A program made the position numbers and the translations under genes. A stretch of 64,000 bases of DNA. Origin: an uncultured SAR86 cluster bacterium. GTDB taxonomy: Bacteria; Pseudomonadota; Gammaproteobacteria; Magnimaribacterales; D2472. The notes beneath the pieces are model-generated. The model was not told the DNA's origin, made no database searches, and was given only the letters and a program-made list of their open reading frames with translations. The stretch lies in NCBI GenBank assembly GCA_902558395.1, contig CACEDS010000002.1, positions 9,662 through 73,661 on the forward strand, in the 5' to 3' direction. Positions 18,953 to 27,138 of this stretch are shown here, piece by piece (within the stretch, counting starts at the first letter, position 1; every line of letters starts with the position of its first letter).

Positions 18953-19896
18953 TTTTTTATATTTTTTATTTCGAAATTTACTTCATTTATTAAATTTTTA
19001 TGCTCAATATCATTAAAAACTGGTGGTTTCTCTGATATCTTTAAAACGTTAGATACTATTGATTCGCTCTTATGTGAGGAATATGTACACAATGAACTGT
19101 AAAATTCTTTATTTTCATTACTATCATTTATAAGACAGATTTTTTTATAAGCTAGTGCTTCTCTTGGTGCAAATAATAGATTGTACTTTCTTGTTGTCAT
19201 TGCAATTATTATTTCAGACTTCATGATGTGTTTAAAATAATCAGTTTTTTTTAGAAAGCCTGTAAAAAAACTTTTACCCTTATAAATTTGTTCATCCGTT
19301 AATTTTGAGAAATTACCTGAAATTTTTATATCAAATCCATGTTTTTCAAGTTCAATTGCAGCATCTAAAAAAGCGTCCACTGGCTCATCTTTATTTAAAC
19401 TTGAAATTATAAAAATTGAATTTGGTTTAATCTTTGTTAAATTTATTGCTTCAACAGGAAATGGTGAAGGACAATAATGTGAGCGATTAATTAGCTTAAC
19501 AGATGCTTTATTATGAACTAATATTTTATACCCTAGTATATTTTTATAGAAATATATTAAAAACAATTTGAAGAATGTTCTAGGACTAAATAAACGGACA
19601 TCAAGATATGAATTCACATGGCAATCAAGAATAATCTTAAATTTTTTTGTTTTAAAGATATTTACGAAAGCGCAGGTTAAAACAGGAATAAAGTTTCCAT
19701 CATATTCTAAAATGAGTTGTGAATTGCTATTTAAATGATTGTAGAATCTATATACTTTTTTTATTGATGTAAATCTTAAACTTTTGTATATGTTCCCTAT
19801 TTCAGGTAATTTAATAGTTTCAATATTTAGTTTCGCTGGCAAAGATTGAGTTCTTGGACTTTCGTGAAGGGCAATATAAGTAGTCTTGACAATCAA
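18934..19896 (-). CDS. Glycosyltransferase, GT-B fold (GT4-like, divergent)
   Basis: IILDCH, ISSLNKDEP, FFTGFL, PREALAY (EA motif); TTG start. Confidence 0.65.
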   Translation of the reverse strand: MIVKTTYIALHESPRTQSLPAKLNIETIKLPEIGNIYKSLRFTSIKKVYRFYNHLNSNSQLILEYDGNFIPVLTCAFVNIFKTKKFKIILDCHVNSYLDVRLFSPRTFFKLFLIYFYKNILGYKILVHNKASVKLINRSHYCPSPFPVEAINLTKIKPNSIFIISSLNKDEPVDAFLDAAIELEKHGFDIKISGNFSKLTDEQIYKGKSFFTGFLKKTDYFKHIMKSEIIIAMTTRKYNLLFAPREALAYKKICLINDSNENKEFYSSLCTYSSHKSESIVSNVLKISEKPPVFNDIEHKNLINEVNFEIKNIKKCLHIN

Positions 19897-19929
19897 TGTA
19901 GTGCCTATGATTTTCTTATTAAAACTTTT

Positions 19930-20913
19930 CTATACGTCTTTATCAAAATCACCGTATTCTTGAACTTGCTTTAGTATCCATGGATAAGTTTTATGTATAC
20001 CATCTTCAAGAGAGTCTGATACTCTCCATCCCAGCTTTTCTTCGAACAAGGAATTTTCTGAATTTCTGCCCCTTACACCTGTTGGACCAGGAATATTTTT
20101 AATTTTAATATCTTTGTTAGATATGTTGATGACCATTTTTGCCAAATCATTTATAGATATCATTTCATCAGAACCAATATTAACTGGTCCAGAAAAGTTA
20201 GACCTCATTAATCTTAAAGTAGCTTCTACACATTCATCTACATAAAGAAAAGATCTAGTCTGAAGACCATCACCCCAGATCTCAATCTCACCTCCGCTCT
20301 CTGCGGAAGCAACTTTTCTACATATTGCAGCTGGAGCTTTTTCCCTTCCATTATTCCAAGAACCCTCTGGTCCAAAAATATTATGATATCTTGCAACACG
20401 CACATCAATTCCTTTGTTTCTTGCAACAGTTAAATAAAGCCTTTCACTAAATAACTTTTCCCAACCATATTCAGAATCTGGTGCAGCTGGATATGCAGAC
20501 TCCTCACTACATTCAGGATTTTCTGGATCGAGCTGATTATATTCTGGATAGATGCAGGCTGAGGATGAATAAAAAATTCTTTTTAAATTTCTCTTTCTGC
20601 AAGCTTCAATAACATTTAAATTTATCTGTGCAGAATTGTGCATGATGTCATAATCATTGGTTCCAACAAAAATAAAACCTGCACCTCCCATATCTGCAGC
20701 TAACTGATAAACTTCATCAAAATTTTGATCAACAGCCATTGAGCAGGTTAAAGGGTCTCTAAGATCACCTATTAAAAAATCGTCTGCATTAGTTTCATTG
20801 TAAGGTGGAAATTTTATATCTACTCCCCTAACCCAAAAACCCTCAGATTTTAGTCTTGTAACCAAATGTGCTCCAATAAATCCACCAGCTCCTAATACTA
20901 AAGCTTTCTTCAT
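19930..20913 (-). CDS. NDP-sugar epimerase, GDP-mannose 3',5'-epimerase-like
   Basis: GAGGFIG, YQLAADMGGAGFI, FYSSSACIYP, YGWEK, RYHNIFGPEG, KAPAAICRK, WGDGLQTRSF, GVRGRNS. Confidence 0.85.
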   Translation of the reverse strand: MKKALVLGAGGFIGAHLVTRLKSEGFWVRGVDIKFPPYNETNADDFLIGDLRDPLTCSMAVDQNFDEVYQLAADMGGAGFIFVGTNDYDIMHNSAQINLNVIEACRKRNLKRIFYSSSACIYPEYNQLDPENPECSEESAYPAAPDSEYGWEKLFSERLYLTVARNKGIDVRVARYHNIFGPEGSWNNGREKAPAAICRKVASAESGGEIEIWGDGLQTRSFLYVDECVEATLRLMRSNFSGPVNIGSDEMISINDLAKMVINISNKDIKIKNIPGPTGVRGRNSENSLFEEKLGWRVSDSLEDGIHKTYPWILKQVQEYGDFDKDV

Positions 20914-20982
20914 ATTCTTAATCCTATACTTATATCTGTAAAAAAATGATTATTATAAATACATATTCCCATGTTTACTAAT

Positions 20983-22239
20983 TTATATTCTCTTATCAGA
21001 AAAATCTTTATTAAAAGATGAGGTTATATCAAGAATAACAGAATTTTTCTTCATAAAGCTCTTAATTTTTTCACCTCCTAATTCAATAAATTCATTATGT
21101 GCAACAGCTATTATCAATCCGTCATATATGTCACTTTCTATAGATGAAACAAATTTCATATGCTCCACTTCTTTGAGGTTTTGATCAACATGAGGGTCAT
21201 ATATGGATATATTAATATTAAGTTTTTCCAAGTCTTTTATTAGATCGAATACTTTAGAATTTCTAATATCCGGGCAATTTTCTTTAAAAGTTAGGCCCAT
21301 GATCAATACATCTGATTTGTTTATTCCTATGGATTTATTTATCATCAACTTGATAAATTTGGAAGCAACAAAGTTTGACATGTTATTGTTAATTCTTCGT
21401 CCTGCTAAAACCATCTCAGGAAAATACCCTTCTATTTCGGCTTTATAACTTAGATAATACGGATCAACTCCAATACAATGACCTCCAACTAAACCTGGTT
21501 TAAATGGCAGAAAATTCCATTTTGTAGAGGCTGCATCTAAAACTTCTTTTGTATCAATATTGAGTTTATCAAATATGATTGCTAACTCATTCATAAGTGC
21601 TATGTTGATGTCTCTTTGAGTATTTTCAATCACTTTGGATGCTTCAGCAACTTTGATTGAGCTAGCTTTATGGACTCCAGCTTTTATTATATTTGAATAG
21701 AGCTCATAAATATCATTACAAGAACTATCGTTAGAACCCGAAACTACTTTTTTAATATCTGGAAGTCTATGTTTTTTGTCACCTGGATTTATTCTTTCTG
21801 GACTATATCCAACATAAAAATCTTTATTTAATTGATAGTTGCTTTGTTGCTCAAGTATTGGAATGCAGACTTCTTCAGTAGCGCCTGGATATACTGTTGA
21901 CTCATATATAACGGTATCACCTTTTTTTAGCATTTCACCAATATCTGCACTTGCTTTTTGTAGGTGACTGACATCAGGCCTATTTGATTTATCAACAGGT
22001 GTGGGAACTGTTACGATAAAATAGTTACAATCACTTAAATCTTTGTAATTATAAGTGAGTAATATTGAATCATTTATATTATCAATTTCTCCAGTAGAAT
22101 CATGATTGTTTTTTAACTCATTGATCCTTTGCTTAGATAGATCAAAACCTTTGACTTCAAATTTTTTTGAAAACTCATTTGCAAGAGGGAAGCCAACATA
22201 TCCTAGACCTATAATTCCAATTTTTATTTCCTTTTTCAT
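20983..22239 (-). CDS. tviB: UDP-N-acetylhexosamine 6-dehydrogenase (TviB/WbpO family)
   Basis: GLGYVG, YESTVYPGATEE, YSPERINPGD, KVIENTQRDINIA, GLVGGHCIGVDPYY, FKENCPDIRNSK. Confidence 0.88.
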   Translation of the reverse strand: MKKEIKIGIIGLGYVGFPLANEFSKKFEVKGFDLSKQRINELKNNHDSTGEIDNINDSILLTYNYKDLSDCNYFIVTVPTPVDKSNRPDVSHLQKASADIGEMLKKGDTVIYESTVYPGATEEVCIPILEQQSNYQLNKDFYVGYSPERINPGDKKHRLPDIKKVVSGSNDSSCNDIYELYSNIIKAGVHKASSIKVAEASKVIENTQRDINIALMNELAIIFDKLNIDTKEVLDAASTKWNFLPFKPGLVGGHCIGVDPYYLSYKAEIEGYFPEMVLAGRRINNNMSNFVASKFIKLMINKSIGINKSDVLIMGLTFKENCPDIRNSKVFDLIKDLEKLNINISIYDPHVDQNLKEVEHMKFVSSIESDIYDGLIIAVAHNEFIELGGEKIKSFMKKNSVILDITSSFNKDFSDKRI

Positions 22240-22243
22240 AATA

Positions 22244-23302
22244 TTAGATTTTTATTTTAAAGTAATCGATATACCATTCAATAAAATTGTTAACCCCTCT
22301 CTGAATATCATAACTTGATTCATATCCCAAATCCTTATGGAAATCATCTATTGATGCGAATGTAGATGGAACGTCACCTAATTGAATATCGACATAATTT
22401 CTTTGAATTTTTTTACCAACTTTTTTTTCTATGCAGTCTATAAAGTCTGTTAACTTTACGGGATTGTTATTACCTATATTATAGATTTTATATGGTGCGG
22501 AAGATGATGATGATATAGGTGATGACCCAGACCAGTCTATATTAGGCTGAGCTGGATTATCGATAACTAGCTTTATACCATTAATAATATCATCTATATA
22601 TGTGAAATCTCTAGCCATGTCCCCATGGTTAAATACATCAATTGGTTTATTTTCTATGGCTGCTTTAGTAAAAAGAAATAGTGCCATATCCGGTCTTCCC
22701 CATGGTCCATATACTGTAAAAAACCTCAAACCAGTTGTTTTTATTTTGTATAGGCTTGCATATGAATGCGCCATTACTTCATTTGATTTTTTTGAAGCAG
22801 CATAAAGACTCATAGGGTGATCTGTTGATGAACTAGTTTTAAATGGATAAGACTCATTCAAACCATAAACTGAGGAACTTGAGGCAAAAGATAAATTTGA
22901 TATATCGTGGTTTCTACATTCTTCTAATATGTTGAAGAAACCAACTATGTTTGATTGGATATATGAATCAGGACTTTCAATGGAATATCTTACTCCAGCT
23001 TGAGCAGCTAAGTTGCAAACTGCATCAAATCTAAATTCCTGAAAAAAATTACTTAAATTATCTTTATCTTCAAGGTCTAACTTAATAAATTTATAGTTTT
23101 GGTGAAGTGTTGATTGCGTAATTTTATTATAACTTAAGTTTGCTGCATCAATTCCTGCTAGCTTCAACCTGTCATATTTTAATTGAATGTCATAATACTC
23201 ATTTATTGAATCAAGACCATAAACATCATAACCATCTTTTATTAATTTATTAGCTAGATGAGAAGCTATAAATCCAGCTGTTCCTGTTACCAATATTTTC
23301 AT
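22244..23302 (-). CDS. UDP-hexuronate 4-epimerase (CapI/LpsL-like SDR)
   Basis: TGTAGFIA, NLAAQAGVRYS, ASSSSVYG, YAASKK, LRFFTVYGPWGRPDMA, RDFTYIDD. Confidence 0.9.
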   Translation of the reverse strand: MKILVTGTAGFIASHLANKLIKDGYDVYGLDSINEYYDIQLKYDRLKLAGIDAANLSYNKITQSTLHQNYKFIKLDLEDKDNLSNFFQEFRFDAVCNLAAQAGVRYSIESPDSYIQSNIVGFFNILEECRNHDISNLSFASSSSVYGLNESYPFKTSSSTDHPMSLYAASKKSNEVMAHSYASLYKIKTTGLRFFTVYGPWGRPDMALFLFTKAAIENKPIDVFNHGDMARDFTYIDDIINGIKLVIDNPAQPNIDWSGSSPISSSSSAPYKIYNIGNNNPVKLTDFIDCIEKKVGKKIQRNYVDIQLGDVPSTFASIDDFHKDLGYESSYDIQRGVNNFIEWYIDYFKIKI

Positions 23303-23306
23303 TTGC

Positions 23307-24212
23307 TTAGTCCTGTCTTTTAACAGGTCTTAATATTACAAAAGCTAGAGATAAAAATAATCCAATTAGCGTCGAAAAGATTACTATTTTTCTTTTATCT
23401 GGATAATCTTTTCTTTCTGGAACGCGCGATGAATCAACTACTGAAAATACAAAATACTCTGATGATTCAGATAACGTAATTGTTTCCAATTCCTTTATTA
23501 AAAGTGAGGATATTGCTTTTTTTAAATCGACTTCTTTCGTCATAGACAACTCATTTTGTAAAAACTCATAAGATTTTTCTGCCTTAGTAAGCTTCATCTC
23601 TTTTACAACTTCATTGAGCATTACAAATATATAATCAAGCCATTTTTTTGCAACATACGGTGAATAGTGAGAGACCGAAATCAATAACGAGCCGCTATCT
23701 AAATCTGTTATCTTTATACTATTTAGAAATTCAACATGAACATCTTCATGAAAAAGAGTTTGAAGGTACTCATCATTGATTGTGTTTTTTTCTTCGTCAT
23801 ATATAGCATTATCATAAATAAGTTTCTTGTTTTTTTTGTCGTAGTCTTCTGCTGCAACAAGTTCAACAAAAAATTCACTATCTTCTATTAAGATATCAAA
23901 AAAGTCTTTTGTATAAATTACTTCTCGTGCGAACTGTGATCTAGTTTTACTAGAGGCGCTGGAAGATGATAGACCGGCTAAAGTTGATAGACCACTAAAT
24001 GCTGTTGATTGATTATAAGAATCATTTGTATTTACCTCTTCGACTATCATCTTTGATGTATATAATTCTTTTAAAGATAAAGAATAAAAAAATGATGCTA
24101 AACAAAATACTGTTGTAATTAACAAAATTAAATATTTTGAAGAACGTACCTTCTTAAATATTTCATACAAATCTATTTCGTCATTCAAGTTTTTATCAAT
24201 GAGGTTGTTCAA
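23307..24212 (-). CDS. wzz: Polysaccharide chain-length determinant
   Basis: DEIDLYEIF, two terminal TM helices, P.KDYPDKRKIV; TTG start with AGGGA RBS. Confidence 0.88.
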   Translation of the reverse strand: MNNLIDKNLNDEIDLYEIFKKVRSSKYLILLITTVFCLASFFYSLSLKELYTSKMIVEEVNTNDSYNQSTAFSGLSTLAGLSSSSASSKTRSQFAREVIYTKDFFDILIEDSEFFVELVAAEDYDKKNKKLIYDNAIYDEEKNTINDEYLQTLFHEDVHVEFLNSIKITDLDSGSLLISVSHYSPYVAKKWLDYIFVMLNEVVKEMKLTKAEKSYEFLQNELSMTKEVDLKKAISSLLIKELETITLSESSEYFVFSVVDSSRVPERKDYPDKRKIVIFSTLIGLFLSLAFVILRPVKRQD

Positions 24213-24230
24213 TATATTCCCTAATTAAAA

Positions 24231-24317
24231 TGGTACCCGGAGCCGGACTTGAACCGGCACGCTATTTCTAGCGAGGGATTTTAAGTCCCTTGTGTCTACC
24301 AATTCCACCACCCGGGC
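24231..24317 (-). tRNA. leuZ: tRNA-Leu (TAA)
   Basis: Reverse complement GCCCGGGTGGTGGAATTGGTAGACAC-AGGGA-CT-TAA-AA-TCCCT...GGTTCAAGTCC...CCGGGTACCA; 87 nt, long variable arm, encoded CCA. Confidence 0.97.
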
Positions 24318-24371
24318 TAGATTTGTATTTTATCATTATAATTTTGACAAGAATATACTTTATAACTAATT

Positions 24372-24445
24372 TGGAGGCTGAGGCCGGAATCGAACCGGCG
24401 TAGACGGCTTTGCAGGCCGCTACATAACCACTCTGTCACCCAGCC
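24372..24445 (-). tRNA. cysT: tRNA-Cys (GCA)
   Basis: Reverse complement GGCTGGGTGACAGAGTGG...GCGGC-CT-GCA-AA-GCCGT...GGTTCGATTCC...CTCAGCCTCCA; 74 nt, U73 discriminator. Confidence 0.97.
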
Positions 24446-24494
24446 AAAAAAATCATTTAAACTCTATTGCTCTATAATCTAGATAAAATAAGGA

Positions 24495-25253
24495 TTATAA
24501 CGTATCAAAAAAATCAACAGCTGTATCATAAAAAGTAATTCCCTCTATAGATGATGGTTCTTTTGTTTCTCCTGTTAAGACAATTATAGTTTTAGCACCT
24601 ATTTTAACTCCAACATCGCCATCAGTATAGATTCTATCTCCAACAACATAAGCATTTGAATTTTTTATATACTTACTTATGAAGTTTGAATAATGATCTC
24701 CAGGCTTACCAAAATGATCTATTGGTTTAATATTCGTTGTTTTAAAAATAAGTTCACCAATAGACCCACAATCAGGAATTGGCCCTTTTGCTGTCGGACA
24801 TGATAAATCAATATGAGTTAAGAAATAAGGAATCCCATCATTAATCCATTCACAAATTTTTTGTAATTCAGCATAAGATAAACCTTTGTTAAAGGTCATC
24901 AATATACAATCAGGAGCACTCTTATCACTAGTGACTTGCAATCCATGAAAGAATTCATCCTTTACAGAATCTGATCCAGAAACATATATGTTCTTATACT
25001 CATATGTTGAGGATTTAAAGTAAGATTTTGCTGTTAAAATTGGGCTGATAATACTATCTTTAGCGCAAGGGAATCCAATTTCGCCTAACTTTTGAGTATA
25101 CTCATTGATGGAAAGACTACTATTGTTAGTCATGTAATAAATATCATTTCCATTTTGTTCCAATTTATTTAAGGATTCTACTATTCCATCAAATGGAACA
25201 CCGTCCTGATATAAAGTTCCATCAAGATCGCATAATATTACATTACGTTCCAT
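24495..25253 (-). CDS. HAD-IIA (NagD-like) phosphatase/phosphotransferase, Gtp3-like
   Basis: CDLDGTLY, MTNNSS, PDCG, GKPG, VGDRIYTD, VLTGET. Confidence 0.85.
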   Translation of the reverse strand: MERNVILCDLDGTLYQDGVPFDGIVESLNKLEQNGNDIYYMTNNSSLSINEYTQKLGEIGFPCAKDSIISPILTAKSYFKSSTYEYKNIYVSGSDSVKDEFFHGLQVTSDKSAPDCILMTFNKGLSYAELQKICEWINDGIPYFLTHIDLSCPTAKGPIPDCGSIGELIFKTTNIKPIDHFGKPGDHYSNFISKYIKNSNAYVVGDRIYTDGDVGVKIGAKTIIVLTGETKEPSSIEGITFYDTAVDFFDTL

Positions 25254-25957
25254 TTATTCCTAGCCTTTCTCAAATCTTCTAGGGTATCTATCTCATACCA
25301 AAAAGATTTTTTGATGTCTTTATTTTTAATCATATTTTTATTTTTGTATGCTAAATCATTAATTGCCACTTCAGTCCATTTAGTTATTTCGCCTTTTTCT
25401 ATATAAGAGTCAAAGATTAAAACAAGTTTGTTGAAATCATTACGAGTAAACATATACATATCCAATGAAACGATTATATCCTCAGCATTTGTGAAAGCTT
25501 TGCTCATACCAACAACATGATTATCTTTTATTTTAGCCTTCATGCTTTCCTCATCAAAAAATGATTTGTCGGTAAGGATTGTAGTCTCTTTAGTTTTTGC
25601 TAAGATCTCAAATATTTTATCTTCAAAAATACAATCTGCATTTACAATAACAACATTATCATCTTCATTTAATTTAGGTACTGCGAGCCATGCTGAATAC
25701 ATATTATTTGTACTTTCATAATCTGAGTTATGTACAAATTTTATGTTATTAAATTTTGACTTCACATGATTTTTTAGATAAACATCTTTGTATCCTGTAA
25801 CTATTATGATGTTAGCTGAATTAAAGTTCTCATTAATTTGTGACAACAGCATTCTTATTATGCTGTTTTGATTAATCTTGATACAGCATTTAGGTCTACC
25901 TTCAGTTAGTGGTCTTAACCTAGAACCAATACCAGCTGCAAGTATTATAAAATTCAT
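25238..25957 (-). CDS. Nucleotidyltransferase (LicC/Gtp2-like cytidylyltransferase)
   Basis: IILAAGIGSRLRPLT..PKC, TNNMYS, NADCIF, WYEIDTLEDL. Confidence 0.85.
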   Translation of the reverse strand: MNFIILAAGIGSRLRPLTEGRPKCCIKINQNSIIRMLLSQINENFNSANIIIVTGYKDVYLKNHVKSKFNNIKFVHNSDYESTNNMYSAWLAVPKLNEDDNVVIVNADCIFEDKIFEILAKTKETTILTDKSFFDEESMKAKIKDNHVVGMSKAFTNAEDIIVSLDMYMFTRNDFNKLVLIFDSYIEKGEITKWTEVAINDLAYKNKNMIKNKDIKKSFWYEIDTLEDLRKARNKWNVM

Positions 25958-25960
25958 TAA

Positions 25961-26995
25961 TTATTCTCCTAAAAAATTAATATATTTTTCGTATAGCTCC
26001 TGCTCATCATATTTATCGAGAATATTCTTCCTTTCTGGCCTCAATATTTTTGATAATCTGAACACTTTTATCATTTCATTTTTAGTCATATTTTCGAAAC
26101 CAGGTATGCCCTTTTTAATTCCTAGATTCCTTAACAACCTTGACACATTTTTATCACTCTTCCCTTGCATAAAAAGAGTAAATTCTGAAATAGATCCGAC
26201 CTTTTCGCCATGAAGCAACTGTTCTGCAACGCCTAACTCATCTAATGCATGAGAGATAATATGCTCACTTCCACTACAAGGTCTTGAAGATCCAGCGATA
26301 GTCATTGCCATGCCCGACAATAACTGGACATCCAAAATAGTGTCGAGGACCCTTTCGTCGTCAAGTAATAAATTTTTTATATTTAATATCATTGATGCAG
26401 CCATTTTTGATAAATTAATAGCCATGCTTTGAGAGGTATTCAAATTTATATTTTCATCAGCATAATACCAATCATTAACAGCACTAATATTTGATAAAGT
26501 ATCTAAAATTGCTGCTTTAATAAATTTTAATGGAGCCTCTTTGATAATTTCTATTGGAACAATAATAATATCCGGCATCTTACCAATAAGACTTTTCTTT
26601 CTATTGTTTTCACTTATTACAGCAATAGGACTAGCCATTCCATCATTTGATACGGTTGTTGGTACTGAAATTAGATCAATACAACTCAGATATGCCAATC
26701 TTTTCGCAAAGTCTGTCGCAACACCTCCGCCAATAGAAACTATATAATTAACGTTCATTGATGATATCTCATATCGAATTGAATCAATTTTATTGTGAGA
26801 ATTAATATTAATCTTGAAAGACGCTTTTGGTTTATTTTTTAAACTCTTTAAAATATCTAATGAAATTAAATTAGATTTTGTTGGGCCTGATACGACTACA
26901 TAAGACTTTTCTGAAGGTAAGAATTTATCAAGCAATTTTCCAGTTTCAATTATATTGCTTGTTTTAACAAAGTTTAATGGGTAGTCTATTTTCAT
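25961..26995 (-). CDS. Glycerol-1-phosphate-dehydrogenase-like polyol dehydrogenase (EgsA/AraM/Gtp1 family)
   Basis: IGGGVATDFAK, PTTVSNDGMASP, GSSRPCSGSEHIISHALD, LHGEKVG. Confidence 0.85.
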   Translation of the reverse strand: MKIDYPLNFVKTSNIIETGKLLDKFLPSEKSYVVVSGPTKSNLISLDILKSLKNKPKASFKININSHNKIDSIRYEISSMNVNYIVSIGGGVATDFAKRLAYLSCIDLISVPTTVSNDGMASPIAVISENNRKKSLIGKMPDIIIVPIEIIKEAPLKFIKAAILDTLSNISAVNDWYYADENINLNTSQSMAINLSKMAASMILNIKNLLLDDERVLDTILDVQLLSGMAMTIAGSSRPCSGSEHIISHALDELGVAEQLLHGEKVGSISEFTLFMQGKSDKNVSRLLRNLGIKKGIPGFENMTKNEMIKVFRLSKILRPERKNILDKYDEQELYEKYINFLGE

Positions 26996-27030
26996 AGTGT
27001 TTGATAAGTTTTGTTAGGGATATGTATTAT

Positions 27031-27138
27031 TTATTTTTCAAACATATCGTAACTTAATATCTGTAATTTAGAAATTTCTGTTTTTGATTTTAGGCCAATT
27101 AATTTATCAATATCCCAAGCACTAATTCCTTTATTTGA
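27031..27138 (-). pseudogene. 3'-terminal relic of an N-acylneuraminate-synthase (NeuB-type) gene, SAF/AFP-like domain fragment
   Basis: 36 codons without a usable start: SNKGISAWDIDKLIGLKSKTEISKLQILSYDMFEK*, matching the GIS...LIG....I....L..D pattern of NeuB C-termini; in frame with and right after the upstream stop codon. Confidence 0.6.

Larger units (their letters stand above)
1..24212 (-). other. Wzx/Wzy-dependent surface polysaccharide (O-antigen-like) biosynthesis island, truncated at left window edge
   Basis: About 21 co-oriented, tightly packed genes: wzz, wzy, wzx, glycosyltransferases, nucleotide-sugar dehydrogenases/epimerases and modifying enzymes; begins 18 nt after tRNA-Leu; central part visibly more AT-rich than the core genes. 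Confidence 0.93.

Noticed and set aside
24213-24371. ops/JUMPStart element or sigma70 promoter ahead of wzz
   Set aside because: No GGCGGTAG-type sequence; the TTGACA and TATAAT-like hexamers between the tRNAs have wrong spacing or orientation
24231-24445. Prophage or integrative element at the tRNAs
   Set aside because: No integrase, transposase or duplicated tRNA 3' end anywhere in the window
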